From Desulfobulbales bacterium (GTDB taxonomy: Bacteria > Desulfobacterota > Desulfobulbia > Desulfobulbales > BM004), in NCBI GenBank assembly GCA_041598875.1, contig JBFHXP010000004.1, forward strand, positions 1 through 59,973: a stretch of 59,973 nucleotides of DNA, written 5' to 3'. Shown in pieces: positions 18,625-28,617 of the stretch; position 1 is the first letter of the stretch, and each line of letters opens with the position of its first letter. A program made the translations under genes and the position numbers. Under the pieces are notes generated by a model. It saw only the letters and a program-made list of their open reading frames with translations. It made no database searches and was not told where the DNA came from.

Positions 18625-21105
18625 ATGCCCACTCTTCCCATTGAACCGCTCCTTCCTGACCTTGTAAAAACCCTCTCTTCCGCGGGCCGGGCGGTTCTGG
18701 TGGCCCCTCCCGGCGCCGGCAAGACCACCCTGGCGCCCCTTGCCCTGCTGGACGCGCCCTGGCTTGCGGGGAAAAGAATCATTGTTCTGGAGCCAAGACG
18801 GCTTGCCGCCCGGGCCGCAGCCAGCCGGATGGCCGGGCTTCTCGGTGAAAAAACCGGACAAACCGTGGGGTACCGGATCAGGCTCGATACCCAGGTGAGC
18901 CAGCAAACCCGAATTGAGGTAGTCACCGAAGGAGTCCTCATTCGTTTGCTTCAGGATGACCCGGAACTGACCGGCATCGGCCTGATCATCTTTGACGAGT
19001 TCCACGAGCGCAGTCTGCAATGTGATCTCGGCCTGGCCCTGGCCTTGGAGGCGCGGGCCGCTCTGCGGCCCGACCTCGGGCTGCTGGTCATGTCCGCGAC
19101 CATCGCCGCCGAACCAGTGGCCGCACTGCTCGACAATGCGCCGATTCTTACCGGGACCGGTTTTTCCCATCCAGTTATCACCCACTACCTGCCCCCTGCT
19201 GCGAACCGCTCCGTTCTGGACACGGTTGCCTCGATTGTCATCCAGGCCCTTGCCGAGGAACCCGGCAGCATTCTGGTATTTCTCCCCGGGACGGGGGAAA
19301 TTTCCAGGGTGGCCGCGCGTCTTGCGGAAATGGCCTTGCCGGAAAATGTCCTTCTTGTCCCCCTGTTCGGGAACCTCTCACAGCAGGAACAGGATCTGGC
19401 GATCAGCCCCTGCGCGCCTGGCCTGCGAAAAATCGTCCTTGCGACCTCCATTGCCGAAACAAGTCTCACCATTGAGGGAATCCGCGTGGTAATCGACTGC
19501 GGCCTCATGCGCACCCCCCGCTTTGATCCCACATCAGGCATGACCCGCCTGGAAACCATCCCCGTCTCCCGGGCCTCGGCAGACCAGCGCCGGGGCCGTG
19601 CCGGACGGACTGAACCCGGCGCCTGCTACCGGTTGTGGAGTCGCGGTCAGCATGCCCATCTTAAAGGGGAAAACACCCCGGAAATCATGGCTGCCGACCT
19701 GGCATCTCTTGCCCTGGAGCTGGCCCTGTGGGGGGTGACTGACCCGGATGAACTCATCTGGCTCGACCCGCCGCCGCCAGGCCATTACCGCCAGGCGCAG
19801 GAGCTTCTCCGCCAGCTCGAGGCCCTGGATAAAAATGGAAAAATCACCAGCCATGGCCGCCGGATGGCTCTCCTTGCCATGCATCCCCGCCTGGCGCACA
19901 TGACACTCAAGGCAGCGACAATCAACCTGGGCCCGCTGGCCTGCGACCTTGCCGCGCTCTTAGGTGAACGTGATCTGCTCTGTACACCTGACGACCCGGA
20001 TATCCGCACCCGACTCGAAATCCTCGGCGAAAAAAACCACCCCGCCCCCCATTATTCCGGTGTGAAAAAACGAATCCAGTCACTTGCCGCCACATTCCGC
20101 CGTTCCCTGAATGTATCATCAACAAGACCCGATCCGGACCAGGCCGGACTGCTTCTCTCTTTTGCCTACCCGGACCGCATCGCCCAGAAACGGCCGGGCC
20201 AGGGAAAAAACTACCTTCTTGCCAACGGCCGGGGCGCCTTTCTTGCAGCAGACTCTTTTCTGGATGGGGATTTTCTCGTTGCCGCGGCCCTGGACGGCAG
20301 AAGCAGGCAGGCTAAAATTTTCCTGGCAGCCCCGGTTTCCCTGGATGAACTCAAAGGGTACTGGGGTGGCGTTATGACCCATGGCAAGGAGATATTCTGG
20401 GACAGTCGCAGCAAGGCGGTGCTGGCAAAAGAGTGCGCAAGGCTTGGCGCACTGGTCATTGAAGAAAAAAATATGCCGCTGACCGGTGATCCGCGGACCG
20501 TTACCGCCCTGATCAGCGGCATCCGCGAACTGGGAATTTCCATCCTGCCCTGGACCCGGGAATTGCGGACCTGGCAGGCCCGGGTGTTATTCCTTGCCAG
20601 CCTTTTCCCGGAAGAAAAATGGCCCGACCCGGGTGATGCCGCCCTTGCTGAAAATCTCGAAGAGTGGCTGGCCCCTTTTCTTGCCGGGCTGAGTCGGGCT
20701 GAACATCTGGCGAAAATAGATCTCGGTGCGGCCCTGACAACCCTGATCTCCTGGCAGCAGCAGAAAAAACTCGAAAACCTGGCCCCCACCCATATTACCG
20801 TGCCCAGCGGGTCACGGATCAGGCTCGACTATCATGAGGACGGCACGGTGGTGCTGCCGGTAAAAATTCAGGAGATCTTCGGCCTGACCGAGACTCCGGC
20901 AATTGCCGGCGGCCGGGCCCGGGTCCTGCTTCACCTTCTGTCACCGGCCCGGCGACCGGTTCAGGTGACCCAGGACTTGCATAATTTCTGGAAAAACGGC
21001 TATCCGGAGGTGCGCAAAGAACTCCGGGCCCGCTATGCCAGACATGAATGGCCTGAAGACCCGCTGGCCGCCAGACCGACGGCGCGGGCAAAGAGAAAAA
21101 AATAA
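18625..21105 (+). CDS. hrpB: ATP-dependent helicase HrpB
   Basis: APPGAGKTT, EPRRLAAR, DEFHER, MSAT, ATSIAETSLTI, QRRGRAGR and HrpB C-terminus LLSPARRPVQVT. Confidence 0.95.
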   Translation: MPTLPIEPLLPDLVKTLSSAGRAVLVAPPGAGKTTLAPLALLDAPWLAGKRIIVLEPRRLAARAAASRMAGLLGEKTGQTVGYRIRLDTQVSQQTRIEVVTEGVLIRLLQDDPELTGIGLIIFDEFHERSLQCDLGLALALEARAALRPDLGLLVMSATIAAEPVAALLDNAPILTGTGFSHPVITHYLPPAANRSVLDTVASIVIQALAEEPGSILVFLPGTGEISRVAARLAEMALPENVLLVPLFGNLSQQEQDLAISPCAPGLRKIVLATSIAETSLTIEGIRVVIDCGLMRTPRFDPTSGMTRLETIPVSRASADQRRGRAGRTEPGACYRLWSRGQHAHLKGENTPEIMAADLASLALELALWGVTDPDELIWLDPPPPGHYRQAQELLRQLEALDKNGKITSHGRRMALLAMHPRLAHMTLKAATINLGPLACDLAALLGERDLLCTPDDPDIRTRLEILGEKNHPAPHYSGVKKRIQSLAATFRRSLNVSSTRPDPDQAGLLLSFAYPDRIAQKRPGQGKNYLLANGRGAFLAADSFLDGDFLVAAALDGRSRQAKIFLAAPVSLDELKGYWGGVMTHGKEIFWDSRSKAVLAKECARLGALVIEEKNMPLTGDPRTVTALISGIRELGISILPWTRELRTWQARVLFLASLFPEEKWPDPGDAALAENLEEWLAPFLAGLSRAEHLAKIDLGAALTTLISWQQQKKLENLAPTHITVPSGSRIRLDYHEDGTVVLPVKIQEIFGLTETPAIAGGRARVLLHLLSPARRPVQVTQDLHNFWKNGYPEVRKELRARYARHEWPEDPLAARPTARAKRKK

Positions 21106-21110
21106 AAACC

Positions 21111-21222
21111 CTTAATCCCTTGAACACTTAAACGTTTGAACACTTGAACCCTTAATCCCTTAACCCCTTGAACACTTGAACATTTGAACACTTGAACCTT
21201 TAATCCCTTAATCCCTTATCAC
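21111..21222. repeat. degenerate 8-bp tandem repeat array (about 14 units, CTTAATCC/CTTGAACA)
   Basis: Units read directly in the hrpB-dprA convergent gap. Confidence 0.92.
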
Positions 21223-22352
21223 ACCTCTCCCTCTGTTTCCAGGGACACCGTGCGCTGAAAACATGTGCCGGGCAGACTTTTCACCGCCCCTTTGAGTTCG
21301 AGCAAAACAAGGAGTTCACTGACCTTTGCAATGGGAAGGGATGCGGCCACGGCAATTTCATCAAGGGCTTCAGGATAGACATCAAGCAGTTCAAGAACCC
21401 GCCTTTCCTCGCCCGATAACTCCACTGCAAGGCGGGGCAGAACAGAGGATTCCGCCGCAATTTCACTCCTGAAAAACCCGGGAAACTCTTCCAGGATATC
21501 CTCCTCGGTCATCACCAGCTTGGCCCCCTGCTGCACCAGGTTGTGGGCACCGGCACTCTTAAAGGAATCAATCCGGCCGGGGACGGCAAATACCTCCCGC
21601 CCCTGTTCCAGGGCATAGCGGGCGGTAATCAGGGAGCCGGAATTCCTGGCCGCCTCCACCACCACCACGCCCAGTGAAATACCACTGATGATCCGATTAC
21701 GGGCTGGAAAACGATAGGCATCAGGCCCGGTGCCCAAGGGATATTCACTGACCAGGGCGCCTCTCCGGGGTATCTTTTCAAAAAGATCACGATTGCCCCT
21801 GGGATAGACACAGTCCAGACCGCAGCCAAGCACGGCAACGGTCCGCCCGCCGTTGGCAAGGGCACCGTAATGGGCCTCGGTATCAATGCCCAGGGCCAGG
21901 CCGCTGACAATGGTAATATCGCGGCCGGCAAGGTTTGTGGCCATGCGGCGCGCCACCCGCCTCCCGTAATCGGTGCAGGCCCGGGAACCCACCATGGCCA
22001 GGCATGGAAAGGACAGGGCCTCCGGATCGCCCTTGACAAACAGCAGAAGCGGCGGGCCGTGGATATTTTTAAGCTGTTCCGGATACCGTGGATCATCAAG
22101 GGGAACAAGAGTGATTCCCCGCCGGGCGGCTTCCGCCATTTCCCGATGAGCCGTTTCCCGGGCATCAGCAAGAGACGGCCCGCAGATTGCCTCCACTGCC
22201 GAAGCACGGATGCCGTTAATCCGGAAAAGTTCATTCCGCCCGGCAGCCAGGACCCGGCTGGGAGTCCCGAAATGTTTCACCACTGCAAATGCCCCCACTG
22301 GCCCGAGTCCAGGCAGAAGATGCAGGGTGAGCCAGTCATGGAGATCGTCCAT
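21219..22352 (-). CDS. dprA: DNA-processing protein DprA
   Basis: VGSR, VSGLALGID, FPARNRIISG, SGSLITA, GREVFAVPG. Confidence 0.95.
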   Translation of the reverse strand: MDDLHDWLTLHLLPGLGPVGAFAVVKHFGTPSRVLAAGRNELFRINGIRASAVEAICGPSLADARETAHREMAEAARRGITLVPLDDPRYPEQLKNIHGPPLLLFVKGDPEALSFPCLAMVGSRACTDYGRRVARRMATNLAGRDITIVSGLALGIDTEAHYGALANGGRTVAVLGCGLDCVYPRGNRDLFEKIPRRGALVSEYPLGTGPDAYRFPARNRIISGISLGVVVVEAARNSGSLITARYALEQGREVFAVPGRIDSFKSAGAHNLVQQGAKLVMTEEDILEEFPGFFRSEIAAESSVLPRLAVELSGEERRVLELLDVYPEALDEIAVAASLPIAKVSELLVLLELKGAVKSLPGTCFQRTVSLETEGEV

Positions 22353-22383
22353 GGCTAATGCTGTCCTTTAAAAAAATTTAAAT

Positions 22384-24195
22384 TTACTCCTGAAGAGTTG
22401 CCAGTTTCTGATCAATGGCCATCTTCCTGACAATCAGGTCTTGAAGTCGAGCCGAATCTCCCTCCTGCTGGGCAGCCATGATCTCCTCGGTAAGCCCGCG
22501 CTTTATCCGCTGCAACCGCTCCAGGGCCAGCCACAACAGTTTTTCCTCGGCTATCTTTTCCGGGGTACTCTCGAGATTATCCTCGCCATTCGGCGCGGAG
22601 ATAAGCCATTGGGCAACAAAGGCGCGCTCCGGCCCCGCGGGAAGCATCTCCAGAAGTTCCTCAGGCCCGGCAACGGGGTTACCGTTTATGAGCCGGCGGA
22701 TCGCGGCGAGTATTTTCACCGCCGTGGGTTCCACCAGCACCTCTTCCAGCCCCTGATTCACAAACTCCTCCACAAAACGGGGATAGATGATAAGAAACTC
22801 AAGAAGCTGCCGTTCCACCCGGGAGAGACTCGCCGGCTCTTCCGGCGGCAGCCTGGCCGACTCGTCACGAACCGGCGCCATCCGCCGCTCAGAACGGCCG
22901 ACGTCCTGCATCCCGCGAATCACCTGACCGGGATCAAGGTTCAGCTTGTCGCTGAAATGGGAAACCAGCACCGAGTGCTGCAGAGGATTGTCTGCCGACG
23001 CATCGAGCATCGGACGCATTTCCGCGAGAATCCTCGCCTTGCCCTCAAGGGTGTCGCCATGTTTGGCCTGAAGACGGACAAAGACAAATTCCAGCAGTTC
23101 CTGGGCGGATTCAAGAAGTTTTTCCAGTTTTTCACGGCCATGCTTCCTGATATAGGTGTCCGGGTCATCCTCGGCCGGCAGCACCACGATACGCGCCAGC
23201 ACCTGCTCCGAGAGAAAAATCGGCGCTGCCCGCAGGGCAGCGTTGACCCCGGCGGCATCGCCATCGAACAACAGAATCATCTCGTCGGCAAACCCCTTGA
23301 GGATACGAATCTGGGCCTGGGTCAGGGCAGTGCCCAGAGGGGCGACCACATAATCCACCCCGTTGGAGGCCAGGGCCAGGAGATCAAAATTCCCCTCCAC
23401 AATCAGGCAGCGGCGGGTGCGGCGGATCTGCTCCCTGTGCTGAAAAAGACCGAACAGGCTCCGGCTCTTGTCATATATCAGGGTTTCCGGGGAGTTGAGA
23501 TATTTGGGGTTGCCCTCCCCAAGAATCCGGCCACCAAACCCCACAATCTTGCCGGTAAGGTCGCTGATCGGAAAAAGAATCCTGTCCCGGAAGCGGTCAT
23601 AGGTCCTGCCGTTTTCCTTGCGGACAATAAGACCCGCCTCCTCGGCCAGTTCCAACGGAAATCCGGATGCCCCGATTTTTTTGCTTAAAAAGTCCCAGCC
23701 CGGCGGGGCATAACCAATACGAAACGACTCGATAATCGTGTCGGGAATACCGCGCCCCTTCATATACTCGCGGGCCGCCGCCGCCCCGGGGGCGTTTTGG
23801 AGAAAATCCTGAAAAATCCCGGCCGCCCTTTCATTGGCCCGGTAGAGTATTTCCCGCTTTTCCGCCTGCGCCTGATCCTTGGCGGAATACACCTGTTCCG
23901 GTAATTCGATATGGTACCGTTCGGCCAGATTCCTGAGGGCCTCGGGAAAGGTCATCCGGTGGTACTGCATCAGAAAGGAGAACACATCCCCCCCTTCTCC
24001 GCAGCCGAAACAGTGATATGACTGCCGGGCAGGATTGACCATGAAAGAGGGGGTCTTCTCGCCATGAAAAGGACAGAGCCCCTTGAGGTTGGCGCCGCTC
24101 CGCTTAAGGGCCACCACCTCGCCGACGATGTCAACAATCTGGGCCGCCTCTTTGACCTGGCTGACAGCATTATCCTGGGCTGGAGTAGAGCGCAT
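22384..24195 (-). CDS. dnaG: DNA primase
   Basis: CPFHGEKTPSF..CFGC zinc finger, DRFRDR, PKYLNSPET, EGNFD, FDGDAAG, DPD. Confidence 0.96.
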   Translation of the reverse strand: MRSTPAQDNAVSQVKEAAQIVDIVGEVVALKRSGANLKGLCPFHGEKTPSFMVNPARQSYHCFGCGEGGDVFSFLMQYHRMTFPEALRNLAERYHIELPEQVYSAKDQAQAEKREILYRANERAAGIFQDFLQNAPGAAAAREYMKGRGIPDTIIESFRIGYAPPGWDFLSKKIGASGFPLELAEEAGLIVRKENGRTYDRFRDRILFPISDLTGKIVGFGGRILGEGNPKYLNSPETLIYDKSRSLFGLFQHREQIRRTRRCLIVEGNFDLLALASNGVDYVVAPLGTALTQAQIRILKGFADEMILLFDGDAAGVNAALRAAPIFLSEQVLARIVVLPAEDDPDTYIRKHGREKLEKLLESAQELLEFVFVRLQAKHGDTLEGKARILAEMRPMLDASADNPLQHSVLVSHFSDKLNLDPGQVIRGMQDVGRSERRMAPVRDESARLPPEEPASLSRVERQLLEFLIIYPRFVEEFVNQGLEEVLVEPTAVKILAAIRRLINGNPVAGPEELLEMLPAGPERAFVAQWLISAPNGEDNLESTPEKIAEEKLLWLALERLQRIKRGLTEEIMAAQQEGDSARLQDLIVRKMAIDQKLATLQE

Positions 24196-24535
24196 ATTGT
24201 ATTAGTCCCGCGTCAAGGTTAAAGCTGAGTTGACTTCCCTGAAACAGAGACAGGCCAATTTGAATTTGTCCTGCTGGCAGAGATGGCGTATATTCGTGGC
24301 CGGAGAGGCAATCTCCGGCCGGCAATCGGGAACAGTAAATAAAGATGGGTGCATTGGGGCGACAACTTATTGTATAGTGTGAGCGCCTATCCGGCCGGGC
24401 AGGAACCGGGCTTGCTTCTCGTTCTGGATAGTGTCCCCATCGGGGGTCGGTGTCAAGAAAATAATTGGGCCATCCGGAGCATCTCCTTAATCGCACTGAT
24501 TCGCCCGCGGAACAGACAACTCGCAGCAAAGAGCC

Positions 24536-25246
24536 ATGCAGCCCAGCCTTGAGGACTACCTTGCCTTTGAAGTAAAAAAAGAGATGGCTGACCGCTATTT
24601 CGGGTTCCGCCGGATGATCGAGGAAGACAAGGAAGAACTGGCCCGCAAGATCAGGAACCACTCACTGACCCTGGAACAGAAAATCGCCATCGACCTGATC
24701 AGGCTCTATATCCTGCTCCAGGACACCGAACTCATCCGCAGATTTGTTGAGATGGTCGGTCTTGATGAAATGCTCTTCTTTGATCCCTATATCCTGGTTT
24801 CACCGACCATAAAAGAAAGAATGTTTGCCGGGGTCAAGGCCCGGGGGCTTACCCGGGCAGGCCGCTTCAAGAACCTGTTCTTCGGCTGCTACGAGATGCT
24901 GATTGATCATGTGCAACAGTACAGGGAAAAGATCGGCGATCTCATAGAGGAACGGGAGATCATCAACGAGGAGATCACCCTTTTTTACCGGAAAAACGAT
25001 CTCAGCCAGATGATGGGGTTCTTCCGCTCCCTGAAAGGCAATCCCATGGGCAGTTCCATGGAGGGAGGGCTTGAGGTCGGGCTCAACGATTCCATGGAAA
25101 AATCAATGCGCCTCGACCCCCTGCCGCCAATCGAGCAGATGGTGCAAATAATCCCCCCGCTGGCCCCCCTGGCCGGTATCCGAAAAAAACTGACCGCCCT
25201 GGTTGAAAGGGCATATCACCTGAAATCCCAAAGGGATAGCCCATGA
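24536..25246 (+). CDS. conserved hypothetical protein
   Basis: 236-aa helical ORF (EVKKEMADRYFGFRRMIEED) overlapping the next start. Confidence 0.75.
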   Translation: MQPSLEDYLAFEVKKEMADRYFGFRRMIEEDKEELARKIRNHSLTLEQKIAIDLIRLYILLQDTELIRRFVEMVGLDEMLFFDPYILVSPTIKERMFAGVKARGLTRAGRFKNLFFGCYEMLIDHVQQYREKIGDLIEEREIINEEITLFYRKNDLSQMMGFFRSLKGNPMGSSMEGGLEVGLNDSMEKSMRLDPLPPIEQMVQIIPPLAPLAGIRKKLTALVERAYHLKSQRDSP

Positions 25247-26193
25247 CCCCCGAACCCTCTCTTCTCTTTGCTTTTCTTTTCCTTAGTGCCGGGCTTCTTC
25301 TCCTGGTCGGTGGCGGCGAGGTACTCGTCAGCGGCGCGGTTCATCTTGCCAGGGGGTTGGGACTCAGCACCCTGATCATCGGTCTGACCGTGGTCGCCTT
25401 TGGCACCTCCACCCCGGAACTCTTTGTCAGCCTGGCGGCAATGCTTGGAAATCACCCGGAAATCATGATCGGTAATGTGGTGGGCAGCAATATCGCCAAC
25501 ATCGGCCTTATCCTCGGAATTGCCGCCCTGATGGCCCCCCTGCCGGTCCTGTCCCTGAACCGGGTCCAAATCGAGCTTGCCCTGGTTCTGGCCGCCGGAT
25601 TCGTCCTCATCCTCTTTGCCTGGACCGGTGATATTCCGCGGGCGGTTGGATTTATCTTCATTGCCGCCCTGATTCTCTATACCTGGCACGCCTACCGCCG
25701 GGAAATCACCACCCAGAAAAAAAATGAATCAGCGGTAAAGAGAAACAGCAGAGATCTTGCCCTGAGCTCCGCTAAAATCGTCGCCGGCCTCATCCTCCTC
25801 GCCTACGGATCTCATCTCTTTATCAGGGGTGCGGTGGACGTGGCCCGATACTTCGAGGTCAGCGAACTGATCATCGGCCTGACCCTGGCGGCGGTTGGCA
25901 CCTCTCTGCCCGAACTTGCCTCGACGGTTGCCGCGGTGCGCCATCAGCAGAACCGCCTGATCATCGGCAACATCATCGGCAGCAACCTCTTCAACCTGCT
26001 GATGGTCCTGGGATGCGCCGCGGCGGTGCGCCCCTTTTCCGTGGGGCCGGAAATCCTCTACCGGGACCTGCCGGTCATGACCCTCTTTACCCTGCTGCTT
26101 CTTCCCCTGCTTGCCGGCAGAAGGGGAATCGGACGGCTGGCCGGCCTGTTTCTTCTTTGCGGCTACATGATCTATATTATTCTCCTTTATTAG
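25243..26193 (+). CDS. calcium/sodium antiporter (YrbG-like)
   Basis: Two alpha repeats GTSTPE..GNVVGSN and GTSLPE..GNIIGSN. Confidence 0.92.
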   Translation: MTPEPSLLFAFLFLSAGLLLLVGGGEVLVSGAVHLARGLGLSTLIIGLTVVAFGTSTPELFVSLAAMLGNHPEIMIGNVVGSNIANIGLILGIAALMAPLPVLSLNRVQIELALVLAAGFVLILFAWTGDIPRAVGFIFIAALILYTWHAYRREITTQKKNESAVKRNSRDLALSSAKIVAGLILLAYGSHLFIRGAVDVARYFEVSELIIGLTLAAVGTSLPELASTVAAVRHQQNRLIIGNIIGSNLFNLLMVLGCAAAVRPFSVGPEILYRDLPVMTLFTLLLLPLLAGRRGIGRLAGLFLLCGYMIYIILLY

Positions 26194-26330
26194 AGCTTCC
26201 CCTTGCCGAATCATCACCTGTTCATATATAGTTTTCATCCGAAAGCGGGTCTCTCGACCTGGCCGCAACAAAAACCGGTCCGGAATCTGTGGCAACAGGG
26301 ACAGGCTATTATTTTTTTTGGGAGGATTTC

Positions 26331-26846
26331 ATGGAAGCAAAAAAGGTCTTCATCAGGCCGGACAACACGGCCATGATCACCTGCCCGGAATGTCAGAGCA
26401 CCCGCACGGTTTCCCTGGATAAAATTCCCAAGGGAAAACAGTTTCTGAAGATTAAATGTTCCTGTGCGAACGTCTTTGAGGTCAAGCTTGAATTCCGGAA
26501 ATTTTACCGGAAAGACACAAACCTCTACGGCACGATCAAACTGCTGGCAGCAAAAAACCCGAAAAAACCGGTTGAAGCGGGGGGAACCCGGTATGTCTGT
26601 TCAGTAACCAATCCCTGTGACTGTAAAATCGTGAACGTCTCCAAAACCGGGGTTGGCATCAACATGCCCGGTCGCCATGAATTTGAAGTGGGAGATACCC
26701 TGCTGGTGGAATTCAACCTTGATGACGCCAAAAAATCCCGGATCGAAAAAAAGCTCGTCATCAGGCTGGTCCGGGACAAATTTCTCGGCTGCGAGTTCAT
26801 CGCCGTTGACCAGTATGACAAGGCCCTGGGGTTCTATCTTCTGTAG
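26331..26846 (+). CDS. PilZ-domain protein with N-terminal zinc ribbon
   Basis: CPEC..CSC; RKFYR and NVSKTG c-di-GMP motifs; GGAGG RBS. Confidence 0.85.
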   Translation: MEAKKVFIRPDNTAMITCPECQSTRTVSLDKIPKGKQFLKIKCSCANVFEVKLEFRKFYRKDTNLYGTIKLLAAKNPKKPVEAGGTRYVCSVTNPCDCKIVNVSKTGVGINMPGRHEFEVGDTLLVEFNLDDAKKSRIEKKLVIRLVRDKFLGCEFIAVDQYDKALGFYLL

Positions 26847-26871
26847 GATCAAGAGACGAGAAATCTTTCCC

Positions 26872-26900
26872 TTGACAAGACAACCGCAAAAGGATAGAAA
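26872..26900 (+). promoter_or_regulatory. putative sigma70 promoter of the second PilZ gene
   Basis: TTGACA-N17-TAGAAA. Confidence 0.45.
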
Positions 26901-26961
26901 AACGGGCGCATAAGGATTCAAGAGCAACCACCTGGAGAAGAAATAAAACTGGTTGAAGAAG

Positions 26962-27288
26962 ATGATCGAGAAACGGAAGCACCGGCGAACTCCCTGCCTG
27001 AAACAAACCACAACCATAGTCACATCACCATCCGGAAGAGTGGTCGGCTCCCTGATCGACATCTCCAGCGGCGGCGCCCGGTTCAATTATGTTGATCTCG
27101 GCCGCCACCCTGACACGGATACCGACCTGAAAATCACCTTTCAGACGGAAAACGAGAAAAGGGAATTTTCCTGCCACCTGGTCTGGCAACGAACCAGCGA
27201 GCCGGTATCCATATTCAATGTAGTCCAGATGCGGGAGGGCGGGGTTTTTTTTGACAAACCGGTTGTGGAGAGTGCCGTCTCCTGCTGA
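26962..27288 (+). CDS. stand-alone PilZ-domain protein
   Basis: EKRKHRR (RxxxR) and DISSGG (DxSxxG). Confidence 0.85.
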   Translation: MIEKRKHRRTPCLKQTTTIVTSPSGRVVGSLIDISSGGARFNYVDLGRHPDTDTDLKITFQTENEKREFSCHLVWQRTSEPVSIFNVVQMREGGVFFDKPVVESAVSC

Positions 27289-27347
27289 GGGGAAAACCCG
27301 GTTGTCGCCAACAGAAGATAACTCGATTTCCTTTTGTTTCATCTATC

Positions 27348-27380
27348 AAAAAAAAGAGGCCCATGCGGGCCTCTTTTTTT
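27348..27380. terminator. bidirectional intrinsic terminator
   Basis: A8-GAGGCCC-atgc-GGGCCTC-T7. Confidence 0.85.
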
Positions 27381-27610
27381 GGGAACTCTCTTCCAAGTAA
27401 CCCAAACTTAACTGGTTGAAATTACGTGATTCATTTTGTTAAAGAGAATTTCGAATCATGAAGTTTATTACGGCCTGTGGTTGCATTTTTTTATCTTTGT
27501 CACGGTCTCGACGTTTCGAATGATATGAACGGTAAATTCAATCATCTGTGCCTCAATAGTGAACTTCCTTCTTCCCCTTCGACATTCATTATTCATGATT
27601 CGATATTCTC

Positions 27611-27696
27611 TGATCTTTTTCAAAATTGTCTGTTTCCGGATTGAAAACAACCACGTGTAGCCATCCGGAAAAAACAGACTTTCCGGATGGACACTA
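27611..27696 (+). repeat. right half of the palindromic MITE-like repeat (family 1)
   Basis: Near-identical to 47485-47570 and to the reverse complement of 59803-59888; ends TTTCCGGATGGACACTA. Confidence 0.88.
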
Positions 27697-27714
27697 ATTA
27701 CTCCTTATCCCACC

Positions 27715-28590
27715 CTATTTTTTCGCCTTTAATTCAAGAAACAGCTGATGGGCCTCCTGGGGAGCCATATCCTCATGGACCACCTTTTTTACCGCCTGGA
27801 TCATGGCCACCGGATCTTCCGATTGAAATATATTACGGCCCATGTCCACACCGGCGGCTCCCTGCTGCACGGCATTATGGGCCATGGTCAGGGCATCGAG
27901 CTCCGGGATCTTCTTGCCGCCGGCCATAACGATGGGCACCGGGCAACTGGCGGTCACGGTTTCAAAACCGTCAGGGATATAGTAGGTCTTGACGTAATGG
28001 GCGCCCAGTTCGGCACAGATCCGGCAGGCAAGCCGGAAGTAGCGGGCATCACGGACCATGTCCCGGCCCACCGCGGTTACCGCCAGTATCGGGATGCCGT
28101 ACCGGGAACCCATGTCCACCAACCGGGTCATGTTATGGACCGACTGGGTCTCATACTCGCCGCCGATAAACACCTGGACTGCCAGGGCGGCGACATTAAG
28201 GCGGATGGCGTCTTCCATGGCCACGGCTATCTGTTCATTGGACAGCTCCTTGAGCACGCTGGGCCCGCCACTGGCCCGAAGAACGATGGCCCGGCCATAT
28301 GACGGCGGGACCATTGAACGCAGGGCGCCGCGGGTGAGCATCAGGGTGTCGGCATGGGGGGCAATGGGGAGAATATTAACGTCAATGCGTTCAAGTCCGG
28401 TGGTGGGCCCCTGAAAATATCCATGATCAATGGCCAGCATTACCGTCCGACCGCTTTCCGGATTAAAAATCCGGGCAAGACGATTCTTCATTCCCCAGTC
28501 AAGGTTATTGGATCCCTTGAGAAAAAAACCATCGTTATTTGCCGGCACGTCCAGGCTGTAATTTTTTCCTTCCTTGTCCACTTCAGGCAT
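27715..28590 (-). CDS. lsrF: LsrF-family thiolase / DhnA-type class I aldolase
   Basis: [48 protein letters not shown]. Confidence 0.9.
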   Translation of the reverse strand: MPEVDKEGKNYSLDVPANNDGFFLKGSNNLDWGMKNRLARIFNPESGRTVMLAIDHGYFQGPTTGLERIDVNILPIAPHADTLMLTRGALRSMVPPSYGRAIVLRASGGPSVLKELSNEQIAVAMEDAIRLNVAALAVQVFIGGEYETQSVHNMTRLVDMGSRYGIPILAVTAVGRDMVRDARYFRLACRICAELGAHYVKTYYIPDGFETVTASCPVPIVMAGGKKIPELDALTMAHNAVQQGAAGVDMGRNIFQSEDPVAMIQAVKKVVHEDMAPQEAHQLFLELKAKK

Positions 28591-28617
28591 GCTCTTCCTC
28601 CTTCAGATTCTCAAAAA

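Noticed and set aside
21111-21222. CRISPR array interpretation of the tandem repeat or the palindromic repeats
   Set aside because: No repeat-spacer alternation and no cas genes
22441-23688. 415-aa ORF antisense to dnaG, and similar long shadow ORFs (11616-12632, 40874-41884, 58743-59528)
   Set aside because: They overlap clearly identified genes, show no motifs, and are expected from GC-rich codon bias
24390-24420. SRP RNA-like sequence upstream of dnaG
   Set aside because: Lacks the CAGG..GGAA..AGCAG domain IV signature
27283-27321. Possible Cys-Sec readthrough at the end of the second PilZ gene (SC*GENPVV)
   Set aside because: Only a 3-bp hairpin follows, the extension looks random and the PilZ domain is already complete
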